Positions 47,603 to 54,690 of a DNA stretch of 64,000 nt are shown here, piece after piece. The DNA is taken from NCBI GenBank assembly GCA_964575305.1, contig CAZNPG010000002.1, positions 18,026-82,025 of the forward strand, written 5' to 3'. The notes beneath the pieces are model-generated. The model was not told where the DNA came from and ran no database searches. It saw only the letters and a list, made by a program, of their open reading frames with translations. A program made the position numbers and the translations under genes. Position 1 is the stretch's first letter. Each line of letters starts with the position of its first letter. The DNA is from an uncultured Gammaproteobacteria bacterium (lineage in GTDB: Bacteria > Pseudomonadota > Gammaproteobacteria > Magnimaribacterales > TMED112).

Positions 47603-48004
47603 AATTATTTTCCTAAAAACATACTTTATTCTATTTTTTTAATATACATCTTATCTAGCTGTGCAAGTTTAAATACATCTAATCAAACATACAATCTTGA
47701 GGGGAAGTTTTCTTATGTTTCAAAGGACTTGTCAGCAATTTTTTTAGTAGAAATAACCACTAACTTAAAAAATATTAAAATCGACCTCTATGAGCCTATA
47801 AGTGGGACTTTATTTACTAGTTTAAAGGGGTCAAACAATAACTGGATAACAAAAAACCAAAACTCAGAAAATATAGAAACAATATTTCCAGAGCCTATAG
47901 AGCTTTTATATGTCATTAGGAATAAATGCCTCAATAGTACTGAGTGTAAGTTTGATATAGCTACTAATAATGCAAAAGTTAAGGTGCTCCTGAAAAATGT
48001 TTAA
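47591..48004 (+). CDS. lolB: Small outer-membrane lipoprotein, LolB-like by position
   Basis: It has a signal peptide with a lipobox (IYILSSC). The lolB-ispE-prs synteny, divergent from hemA, is conserved. At about 137 aa it is much shorter than E. coli LolB. The start is ATG 47591 or ATG 47573, and both overlap the hemA 5' end. Confidence 0.5.
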   Translation: MKFHNYFPKNILYSIFLIYILSSCASLNTSNQTYNLEGKFSYVSKDLSAIFLVEITTNLKNIKIDLYEPISGTLFTSLKGSNNNWITKNQNSENIETIFPEPIELLYVIRNKCLNSTECKFDIATNNAKVKVLLKNV

Positions 48005-48794
48005 GTATAAATCTTGCGCAAAATTAAATAGCTTTCTAAATGTCACTGCAAAACTTAAAAATGGTTATCATGAATTAAATACACACTTTCAGCTAATAGA
48101 CCTTTTCGATGAGATTGAATTTACTGAGAACGAAACTTTTTCATTGGATTCGAATACTGAATTAAGCCAACATGATAATTCTGTTTTGAATGCTATCGAT
48201 TGGTTTAACAGCAAGTTTAACTTTAACCAAAATTTTAGAGTTTCCCTGAAAAAAAATATACCAATTGGCGGAGGATTAGGAGGTGGGAGCTCGAATTGTG
48301 CAACAACACTTAAGTTTCTTTGCGATTATCACTCTATTGATCGTGGCTTTCTTGATTTTGATGAAATTTGCTTTGATTTAGGAGCAGATGTTCCGGTATT
48401 TTTGTATGGCAAAAGCGCTTTTGCAAAAGGCTATGGGCAGATATTCACTGATGATTACTCTTACAATTCAAAATATCTACTCATTATGCCTAATATTTCA
48501 ATTGCAACGAAAGAATTATTTGAGTCGAGTCATCTTCGAATAAGTTCTGAAATAGACAAATCTCAAAATAATTTTCTTGATGCTCTTACCAAAGAAAATC
48601 AGAAATTTTCTGAATTCATTAGTTTTCTTTGTGAGAACCTTCCAAAGAATACTCAAAATAAACTCAAATTAAGTGGAACAGGATCAACATTGTTCATCGA
48701 AAACCCTAATGATGATGAAATTCAATTAATTATGGGTAAAATTGATAAAAATTTTAGAGTTTTTCAAGTGAAAGGATTAGAATACTATCACTAG
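47997..48794 (+). CDS. ispE: 4-diphosphocytidyl-2-C-methyl-D-erythritol kinase
   Basis: 265 aa. It has CAKLNSFLNV...NGYHEL and the GHMP kinase motif PIGGGLGGGSSNCA. Confidence 0.9.
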   Translation: MFKYKSCAKLNSFLNVTAKLKNGYHELNTHFQLIDLFDEIEFTENETFSLDSNTELSQHDNSVLNAIDWFNSKFNFNQNFRVSLKKNIPIGGGLGGGSSNCATTLKFLCDYHSIDRGFLDFDEICFDLGADVPVFLYGKSAFAKGYGQIFTDDYSYNSKYLLIMPNISIATKELFESSHLRISSEIDKSQNNFLDALTKENQKFSEFISFLCENLPKNTQNKLKLSGTGSTLFIENPNDDEIQLIMGKIDKNFRVFQVKGLEYYH

Positions 48795-48799
48795 ATTGA

Positions 48800-48874
48800 T
48801 GGGGTGTCGCCAAGTGGTAAGGCAGAGGCTTTTGATGCCTCCATGCGTAGGTTCGAATCCTACCACCCCAGCCA
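48800..48874 (+). tRNA. tRNA-Gln (anticodon UUG), CCA encoded
   Basis: The sequence is UGGGGUG UC GCCAAGUGGUAAGGCA GAGGC uuUUGau GCCUC CAUGC GUAGG UUCGAAUCC UAC.. CACCCCA GCCA. It is nearly identical in pattern to E. coli tRNA-Gln. It lies between ispE and prs, as in Pseudomonas. Confidence 0.9.
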
Positions 48875-48884
48875 TTATTTTATT

Positions 48885-49832
48885 ATGAATAACAGAGTAG
48901 TTTTTACAGGAAATTCAAATCCAAAGTTAGCAGAGAAAGTAGCTGAAAATCTCGGCGTAAAGTTAGGTTCAATGAAAGTTGGGTCTTTTAGTGATGGTGA
49001 AATTAACGTTGAGATAAATGAGAATGTTAGAGGTAAAGATACATTTATAATTCAATCAACTAATCACCCTGCAGAGAAAAATTTAATGGAGTTAATTCTT
49101 ATTATTGATGCTCTAAAAAGAGCATCAGTTAGATCAATAACCGCAGTAATACCATATTTTGGCTATTCAAGACAAGATAGAAGAGTTAGATCAGCAAGAG
49201 TACCAATTAGTGCAAAAGTTGTCGCAGATATGCTTTCAAATGCTGGTGCAACAAGAATTATTACTCTGGACATCCATTCAGAACAAATACAGGGATTCTT
49301 TTCTTTCCCAATGGATAATATTTATACTGCGAACTTAATGGTCAAAGATCTTCTTGATCAATATAAGGTAGATGATTTACAAGTAGTATCACCAGACACA
49401 GGTGGGGTTATTAGAGCAAGATCAGTAGCAAAAACACTAGGAGTGCAAGATCTTGCAATAATTGATAAAAGAAGAGAGAAAGCTAACGAATCAGAAGTTA
49501 TCAACCTTATTGGAGATGTAGAAGGGAAAATTTGCATTGTTCCTGACGATTTAATCGATACAGCAGGCACTTTAAGTAATGCTAGCCATGCCTTAAAGGA
49601 AAAAGGTGCCAAGGAAATAATTGCTTACATAACACATCCAGTCCTTTCAGGGGATGCTATAGAGAATCTTAATAAATCTTCAATTGATAAGTTGGTAGTA
49701 TCAAACTCTATAGATATTGGTGACAAATCGAAAAAATGTCCTAAAATAGACGTCTTTGATATTGCACCAATTTTGTCACAAGCAATAACTAGACTTATGA
49801 CAGGTGAATCAGTAAGCGAGTTATTTAGATAA
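48885..49832 (+). CDS. prs: Ribose-phosphate pyrophosphokinase
   Basis: The true start is ATG 48885 (MNNRVVFTGNSNPKLAEKVAENLG). The longer track ORF reads through the tRNA. It has the motifs DLHSEQIQGFF and DDLIDTAGT. Confidence 0.95.
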   Translation: MNNRVVFTGNSNPKLAEKVAENLGVKLGSMKVGSFSDGEINVEINENVRGKDTFIIQSTNHPAEKNLMELILIIDALKRASVRSITAVIPYFGYSRQDRRVRSARVPISAKVVADMLSNAGATRIITLDIHSEQIQGFFSFPMDNIYTANLMVKDLLDQYKVDDLQVVSPDTGGVIRARSVAKTLGVQDLAIIDKRREKANESEVINLIGDVEGKICIVPDDLIDTAGTLSNASHALKEKGAKEIIAYITHPVLSGDAIENLNKSSIDKLVVSNSIDIGDKSKKCPKIDVFDIAPILSQAITRLMTGESVSELFR

Positions 49833-50539
49833 TGGAAAGTTTGAAATTAAAAGCAGAAGTAAGGGAAAAGGTCGGAGGCCTTAGCTCTAAAACTGCTATA
49901 TATAAAGATAGTAAGATTCCAGGCATTATTTATGGTGGTAAAGATGCACCACAGCCAATTCTTGTTAAAAATAATGAGTTATTAAAAATAATAAATAATG
50001 ACGGGCTATTTAACTCAGTAGTTGAAGTTGATTTAGATGGAAAGGTTGTGAATGTAGTATTCAAAGAAGTTCAAAAACATCCTGCTAAAAATATTTTCAC
50101 TCATATTGATCTACAAAGAGTAGTTAAAGGTACAAAAGTGAATGTAGTTGTTCCTGTTGTATTGAAGAATCAAGATAAATGTTATGGTGTAAAAATTGAG
50201 GGTGGAGTTATTAACCATGTTTTAAAAGAGGTTTCAGTCCTCTCAAGCCCAGATTCTATTCCGGAATTTATTGAAGTGGATATGGAAGAAATTAAGTCTA
50301 AAGAAAAGGTAAGACTAAGCTCCATAGGTGAAAATGATAGTTATGATTTCCCATCTAGCCTTAAGAGCCAAGACCCAGTTTTAGTCTCTGTTCTTACTGC
50401 TAAAGGTGGAGCTCTTGATTTTGAAGATGAAGAAACCGATGATGTTGAAGAGGGTGCTGATGGTGAAAGTACTGAATCAAGTGATGAAAAATCTTCTGAA
50501 GAAAATAACTCAGATAATTCTGAGGAAAAATCCGAGTAA
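49832..50539 (+). CDS. rplY: 50S ribosomal protein L25 (Ctc form) with an acidic Ser/Glu/Asp-rich tail
   Basis: 235 aa. GKIPGIIYGG and the two-domain Ctc-type architecture are present. Synteny is prs-rplY-pth. Confidence 0.9.
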   Translation: MESLKLKAEVREKVGGLSSKTAIYKDSKIPGIIYGGKDAPQPILVKNNELLKIINNDGLFNSVVEVDLDGKVVNVVFKEVQKHPAKNIFTHIDLQRVVKGTKVNVVVPVVLKNQDKCYGVKIEGGVINHVLKEVSVLSSPDSIPEFIEVDMEEIKSKEKVRLSSIGENDSYDFPSSLKSQDPVLVSVLTAKGGALDFEDEETDDVEEGADGESTESSDEKSSEENNSDNSEEKSE

Positions 50540-50540
50540 C

Positions 50541-51110
50541 TTGCTTGATCTTTGCATAGTTGGTCTAGGGAATCCTGGCGATAAACACAAGAAAACAAGA
50601 CATAATGCTGGCTACGACTTCGTAGAGTTATTGGCAAATAATCTAAATGTCGAATTGAAAGATACAAAAAAACTCGATGCCCTTTATGGTGAAGTATCAA
50701 TAGGTGATAGCACAATAGCATTAGTGAAACCAAATGAATATATAAATAATTCAGGTAAAACACTAAATCTCTTAAAAAAATACAAAGTTAAATCTTTAAA
50801 GGACGTTCTCGTTGTTCATGATGATATGGATTTAGAGCCTGGGGAAGTTAAATTGAAGGATGGTGGAGGACATAGTGGTCATAATGGCTTAAAAGATATT
50901 ATTAACCGAGTAGGTAGTGATTTTATGAGGTTAAGGTTTGGCATAGGCCACCCTCCTGTAAAGAATGATACGAATGCTTGGGTTATTAAGAAACCTAACC
51001 CTCAAGAAAAAAGGGGTCTTGAAGAAGCTTTCAAAAAAACATTAAGTTCATTGGATCAGTTATTGGATAAGGACTGGCTGATAGCCATGAATGACCTTCA
51101 CTCAAAATGA
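50541..51110 (+). CDS. pth: Peptidyl-tRNA hydrolase
   Basis: A TTG start at 50541 gives (M)LDLCIVGLGNPGDKHKKTRHNAGYDF, the canonical Pth N-terminus. The longer track ORF (from 50406) overlaps the rplY tail and is rejected. Confidence 0.9.
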   Translation: MLDLCIVGLGNPGDKHKKTRHNAGYDFVELLANNLNVELKDTKKLDALYGEVSIGDSTIALVKPNEYINNSGKTLNLLKKYKVKSLKDVLVVHDDMDLEPGEVKLKDGGGHSGHNGLKDIINRVGSDFMRLRFGIGHPPVKNDTNAWVIKKPNPQEKRGLEEAFKKTLSSLDQLLDKDWLIAMNDLHSK

Positions 51111-52195
51111 GTATCAAATGTGGTATTGTTGGCCTCCCAAATGTTGGTAAATCGACATTGTTTAATGCCCTTACTTCACAAAAAATAGATGCTGAGAATT
51201 TTCCTTTTTGCACCATTGAGCCAAATATAGCTAGAGTAAATATACCTGATGAAAGATTAAATAAACTTTCTAATCTGGTTGACCCAGAAAAAGTAATACC
51301 ATCTTTTATGGAATTTGTTGATATTGCAGGTCTTGTGAAAGGAGCACACTCTGGAGAAGGTTTAGGAAACAAATTTTTATCTCATATTCGTGAAACTCAA
51401 TGTTTTGCCCATGTTATAAGATGTTTTGAAGATGAAAATGTTATTCATGTTGAAGGCCGAGTGTCTCCTATCAATGACCTCGAGACAATTGAAACAGAAT
51501 TAATACTTGCTGACCTAGAAGTAGTATCCAAAAGAAAAGAATCAGTTCAGAAAAAATTAAGAAGTGGAGATAAAACGACTCAAAAAGAATTTGATATTTT
51601 AGAAAAGATTCAAATTAACTTAGATAGCAATAAACCAGTTCGAGATATTGATTTTGAAGATAATGACAAGGCATTCCTTAAACAACTTCAATTAGTTACC
51701 AGTAAACCATTCTTCTTTATTGCTAATATTCATGAAGATGAGGAAAAAAATATGCATCTCGCTGAATTAGAAGAGTATGCAAAGCAACACAACCTAGAGA
51801 TCTTAAAAGTATTTGCAAAAGCAGAAGGTGAATTAATTGATCTAGAACAAGAGGAAAGGAAAGAATATCTTGAAATGATGGGCTTAAAAGAACCAGCATT
51901 GAACACAATTATTAGAAAAGGTTATGAAATGTTGGATTTATTTTCTTATTTTACAGCTGGGCCTAAAGAAGTAAGAGCCTGGTCTATTAAAAGGAATGCA
52001 ACAGCTCCCCAAGCTGCAGGAAAAATTCATACTGACTTTGAGAGAGGTTTTATCAAAGCAGAAGTTATAGGGTTCGATGACTATATTGAATGTGGCGGTG
52101 AACTAAAAGCAAAAGAACAAGGGAAACTAAGGCTAGAAGGAAAGGAATACATTGTTAAAGACGGTGATGTAATTCATTTCAAATTTAACGTCTAA
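51107..52195 (+). CDS. ychF: Ribosome-binding ATPase YchF
   Basis: 362 aa. It has the G1 motif GIVGLPNVGKSTLFNALT and a C-terminal TGS-like domain (GFIKAEVI). Confidence 0.95.
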   Translation: MSIKCGIVGLPNVGKSTLFNALTSQKIDAENFPFCTIEPNIARVNIPDERLNKLSNLVDPEKVIPSFMEFVDIAGLVKGAHSGEGLGNKFLSHIRETQCFAHVIRCFEDENVIHVEGRVSPINDLETIETELILADLEVVSKRKESVQKKLRSGDKTTQKEFDILEKIQINLDSNKPVRDIDFEDNDKAFLKQLQLVTSKPFFFIANIHEDEEKNMHLAELEEYAKQHNLEILKVFAKAEGELIDLEQEERKEYLEMMGLKEPALNTIIRKGYEMLDLFSYFTAGPKEVRAWSIKRNATAPQAAGKIHTDFERGFIKAEVIGFDDYIECGGELKAKEQGKLRLEGKEYIVKDGDVIHFKFNV

Positions 52196-52220
52196 TAGTG
52201 TGTAAAGACAATTATTTCTT

Positions 52221-52226
52221 TATAAT
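52221..52226 (+). promoter_or_regulatory. Consensus -10 hexamer TATAAT upstream of tRNA-Met
   Basis: A perfect TATAAT ends 9 nt before the first tRNA base. No convincing -35 was seen, and the AT-rich background makes chance matches likely. Confidence 0.3.
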
Positions 52227-52235
52227 TGTGTCCTC

Positions 52236-52312
52236 GGCTATGTAGCTCAGCTGGTTAGAGCACAGCATTCATAATGCTGGGGTCGGTGGTTCAAGTCCAC
52301 CCATAGCCACCA
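52236..52312 (+). tRNA. tRNA-Met (anticodon CAU), elongator type, CCA encoded
   Basis: GGCUAUGUAGCUCAGCUGGUUAGAGCACAGCAUUCAUAAUGCUGGGGUCGGUGGUUCAAGUCCACCCAUAGCCACCA is very close to E. coli elongator tRNA-Met. The 1:72 pair is G-C and the anticodon stem has no triple G-C run, so it is not an initiator. A lysidine-modified tRNA-Ile2 cannot be strictly excluded. Confidence 0.9.
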
Positions 52313-52324
52313 ATATTAAGTTTC

Positions 52325-52558
52325 TTATTTCTTAAGAACTGCAAAAATTATTGCTACTGAAACTAATGCGATAATGCCATTCTCACCAATATTGGAAAGA
52401 ATAGTAGCAAAATTCTGATAGACAGATCCAACAAATGCAGTATCAGGACCAAACAGAACGCCCATTAAGAGTGATACAGAAATTACCAATAAAAGAACTT
52501 CTGTAAGCTTTTCAAGGAAGCTTTTTAGAGCGGAAAAATTAAAATCAAAAAATTTCAT
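52325..52558 (-). CDS. Small two-TM membrane protein, paralogue B (about 77 aa), unknown function
   Basis: The ORF is MKFFDFNFSALKSFLEKLTEVLLLVISVSLLMGVLFGPDTAFVGSVYQNFATILSNIGENGIIALVSVAIIFAVLKK. It has two hydrophobic helices. Its C-terminal 40 aa align with paralogue A, sharing G.D..F.G.V..N......GENG...LV...II..VL. The track start at 52579 lies inside the upstream hairpin, so I prefer ATG 52558. Confidence 0.5.
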   Translation of the reverse strand: MKFFDFNFSALKSFLEKLTEVLLLVISVSLLMGVLFGPDTAFVGSVYQNFATILSNIGENGIIALVSVAIIFAVLKK

Positions 52559-52566
52559 ATTCAAAA

Positions 52567-52591
52567 GCATGAGGGGCAAAACCCCTCATGC
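52567..52591 (-). terminator. GC-rich hairpin between the two small-protein genes (intercistronic terminator or stabiliser candidate)
   Basis: The minus-strand RNA is GCAUGAGGGG-UUUUG-CCCCUCAUGC, a perfect 10-bp stem followed by UUUUGAAU. It begins 12 nt after the paralogue A stop and ends 8 nt before the paralogue B ATG. It is conspicuously GC-rich for this window. Confidence 0.5.
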
Positions 52592-52603
52592 AGAAATTAT
52601 ACT

Positions 52604-52828
52604 TTATTTGATGTTAAGTACACCCATGATGATGAGCAATACGACTAGACCAGCTAATCCATTTTCACCCAACATATCGACATACATCATGATGTTACCA
52701 ATAACATCGCCAGCAAACCAAGCATCACCGATTACGATTTGAGCAACAATGCCTAAACCAAGAACGGCTACAAGAACACCTGTAAGACCATTTACGAATC
52801 CTACAACAGTTTTCATTAAACTATCCAT
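52604..52828 (-). CDS. Small two-TM membrane protein, paralogue A (74 aa), unknown function
   Basis: The ORF is MDSLMKTVVGFVNGLTGVLVAVLGLGIVAQIVIGDAWFAGDVIGNIMMYVDMLGENGLAGLVVLLIIMGVLNIK. A G-rich SD-like tract (GGGGGA, 52832-52837) lies 3 nt upstream of the ATG, and a 171-bp non-coding region precedes it. Confidence 0.6.
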   Translation of the reverse strand: MDSLMKTVVGFVNGLTGVLVAVLGLGIVAQIVIGDAWFAGDVIGNIMMYVDMLGENGLAGLVVLLIIMGVLNIK

Positions 52829-52965
52829 AATTCCCCCATGTAATAGTTACGAATATGGTACAAAATAGACCACATTTCACAAATTATTTTAAATTTACTT
52901 TTAATAAGGCTTTATAAGGCTATGGGAAGATATAAATTTGGCTTATATTGTGCTTATTCTTATGT

Positions 52966-52987
52966 GAAACACTATATATAGTGTTTC
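52966..52987. repeat. Perfect 22-bp palindrome GAAACACTATATATAGTGTTTC after the FAD-oxidase gene
   Basis: Self-complementary 11-bp arms start 13 nt after the stop at 53000. No U-tract follows on either strand. It could be a terminator-like hairpin or an operator for the downstream small-protein genes. Confidence 0.3.
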
Positions 52988-52999
52988 CGGGTAGTTATC

Positions 53000-54301
53000 T
53001 TAATCAAAAAAAACTTTTGGTGAAAGCAAATTCTTTGGATCCATTGATTTTTTGAGGGTTTTAAGCAATTTATACTTATCTTGATATTCAATAAATTCGG
53101 TCCAAATGTCTTTTTTCCTCTGTCCAATTCCATGTTCTGCACTTGGAGACCCATTGCACTCTTTTAGAAGCTTATATGTTGATGCAATGAGCTCAGATTG
53201 TTTCGACGGCGAAACAATATTTACATGAATATTTCCGTCTCCTAGATGGCCAAATGAATAAATTTCTTTGCTTTCTAGATTTTTTATTTTATCAAGAAAG
53301 CTACTTAACTTATTAAGTGGCAATGACACATCCATTTTATATGCGCCCTTATCTGCCAAGATGACTGGAAGATCCTCTCGTTTATCCCAAATTTCCTTAG
53401 CTTGTTTTGAATTTAATAAAGCAATATTAAGGTCTTTTTTAGCTAATAACTCAAGACAACTTTCTAGCTCTTGTTCTGATTGTGAAACTAATTCGATAAC
53501 GATGAAATATTTTTTCTCAGGATTGTCTCCTATTAAAGTTTGGCAATTCTCATCCCAGTACTCTACAGAAGAAATACATTTTTTTATCTCTGGGAAAAGA
53601 ATGTGATCTTTCACTGCATCGATATCATCACTTCTAAGCAAAACTGTTTCTAAAAATTTTGGCTTTTCACAAGTATTAAAAACAATTTCAAAAATAATGC
53701 CCAATGAGCCTTCAGAACCAAAGAATAATTCCATCAGGTTAGGTCCCGTAGCGTCTTTTTCAATTTCTTTTTGCAATGTTAGAACTTCTCCATTAGCAAG
53801 TAGCACTTTTATACGAGCAACATGTTCTTTTGTAGACCCATAGCGTATAAATTTAGAACCTGCTGCATTTGTTGCAACATTACCACCTACCGAGCTCGAT
53901 GAAGATGAAGCTAAAGAAATTGGCAGCAATCTACCATGACCATCAACAAAGTCTTTTACAACATCTGTGATAGCTCCTGCTTGGCAGACTACCTGTTTTT
54001 TTTCATCCGACCACTCGATTTTGTTCATTTTTTCCAATGAAACTATTAGTTCTTTATTAGCAGCAGTAGCACCACCACACAAACCTGTGCGACCACCTGA
54101 TATTACAATTGGTTGATTTCTTTTATTAGCAAATAAGATTACTTTTTCTAGATCAGATTCACATTCAGGAAAGAATATTGCTAAAGGATCAGGTTTTATT
54201 TCTTTATACCAATCTGTTCCATATTTTTCAAAATATTCTTCAGTAAACTTTACTTTTTGGTCACCAAATTCCTCTAGAAGTATTCTCAGATTTTCAGTCA
54301 T
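53000..54301 (-). CDS. FAD-linked oxidoreductase (GlcD / D-2-hydroxyacid dehydrogenase family)
   Basis: 433 aa. It has an FAD_binding_4-type N-domain (PIVISGGRTGLCGGA) and a C-terminal FAD-oxidase domain ending GSPSAEHGIGQRK. Confidence 0.75.
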   Translation of the reverse strand: MTENLRILLEEFGDQKVKFTEEYFEKYGTDWYKEIKPDPLAIFFPECESDLEKVILFANKRNQPIVISGGRTGLCGGATAANKELIVSLEKMNKIEWSDEKKQVVCQAGAITDVVKDFVDGHGRLLPISLASSSSSSVGGNVATNAAGSKFIRYGSTKEHVARIKVLLANGEVLTLQKEIEKDATGPNLMELFFGSEGSLGIIFEIVFNTCEKPKFLETVLLRSDDIDAVKDHILFPEIKKCISSVEYWDENCQTLIGDNPEKKYFIVIELVSQSEQELESCLELLAKKDLNIALLNSKQAKEIWDKREDLPVILADKGAYKMDVSLPLNKLSSFLDKIKNLESKEIYSFGHLGDGNIHVNIVSPSKQSELIASTYKLLKECNGSPSAEHGIGQRKKDIWTEFIEYQDKYKLLKTLKKSMDPKNLLSPKVFFD

Positions 54302-54677
54302 CTTTAAATACTATGTAATTTCTATAAATGAATACAGTAGTGAAACTAAAAATTCCAGCGATAATCTTCTGAATAAGAATATTATTAACTTCAACTGCTG
54401 CTAAGAGATAGAAAGCAACCGCAGTAATTACTGCTCCAATTACACCACCCAAAAAATAAGCAAGAAACTCCACAAAAGGCTTTTTAGCCAACCAACCTCT
54501 TCCAAAAACAAAATTTTTTGCTAAGACGAAGCTTACACAGGTTCCAAGCAGGTAACAGAAGAATGAAGTATAAACCCTACTGAAATCTGTATAGTAATCA
54601 AGAGCAAGCAACACTGCAAAATCAACAACGAATGCTGCACCATTAGTTCCTGCATACTTAATAATTTTTATGACCAT
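54294..54677 (-). CDS. GtrA-family small polytopic membrane protein
   Basis: 127 aa with four hydrophobic helices. The N-terminal pattern KYAGTNGAAFVVDFAVL is typical of GtrA-like proteins. It overlaps the FAD-oxidase start by 8 nt. Confidence 0.65.
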   Translation of the reverse strand: MVIKIIKYAGTNGAAFVVDFAVLLALDYYTDFSRVYTSFFCYLLGTCVSFVLAKNFVFGRGWLAKKPFVEFLAYFLGGVIGAVITAVAFYLLAAVEVNNILIQKIIAGIFSFTTVFIYRNYIVFKDD

Positions 54678-54690
54678 GGGAAAGCTATTT

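Noticed and set aside
48804-48884. An N-terminal extension of the prs ORF in the track (MSPSGKAEAFDASMRRFESYHPSHYFI...).
   Set aside because: This stretch is the tRNA-Gln gene read as protein. The conserved Prs N-terminus begins at ATG 48885.
50401-50539. The acidic Ser/Glu/Asp-rich C-terminal tail of L25 (..DDVEEGADGESTESSDEKSSEENNSDNSEEKSE), considered as a possible fused domain.
   Set aside because: Ctc-type L25 proteins commonly end in variable charged low-complexity tails. No independent ORF or domain signature is present.
50406-50540. A long upstream extension of the pth ORF that overlaps the rplY tail by 134 nt, which could have been read as a large out-of-frame gene overlap.
   Set aside because: The canonical Pth N-terminus (LCIVGLGNPG..TRHNAG) begins right after a TTG at 50541, 1 nt past the rplY stop. 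The extension encodes low-complexity sequence in the alternative frame of the acidic L25 tail.
52559-52579. The track start (ATG 52579, MPLMLLN...) for the second small membrane protein.
   Set aside because: That ATG lies inside the loop and 3' arm of the 10-bp GC hairpin. ATG 52558 gives a cleaner N-terminus just downstream of the structure. This stays uncertain, and the choice does not affect the paralogy argument.
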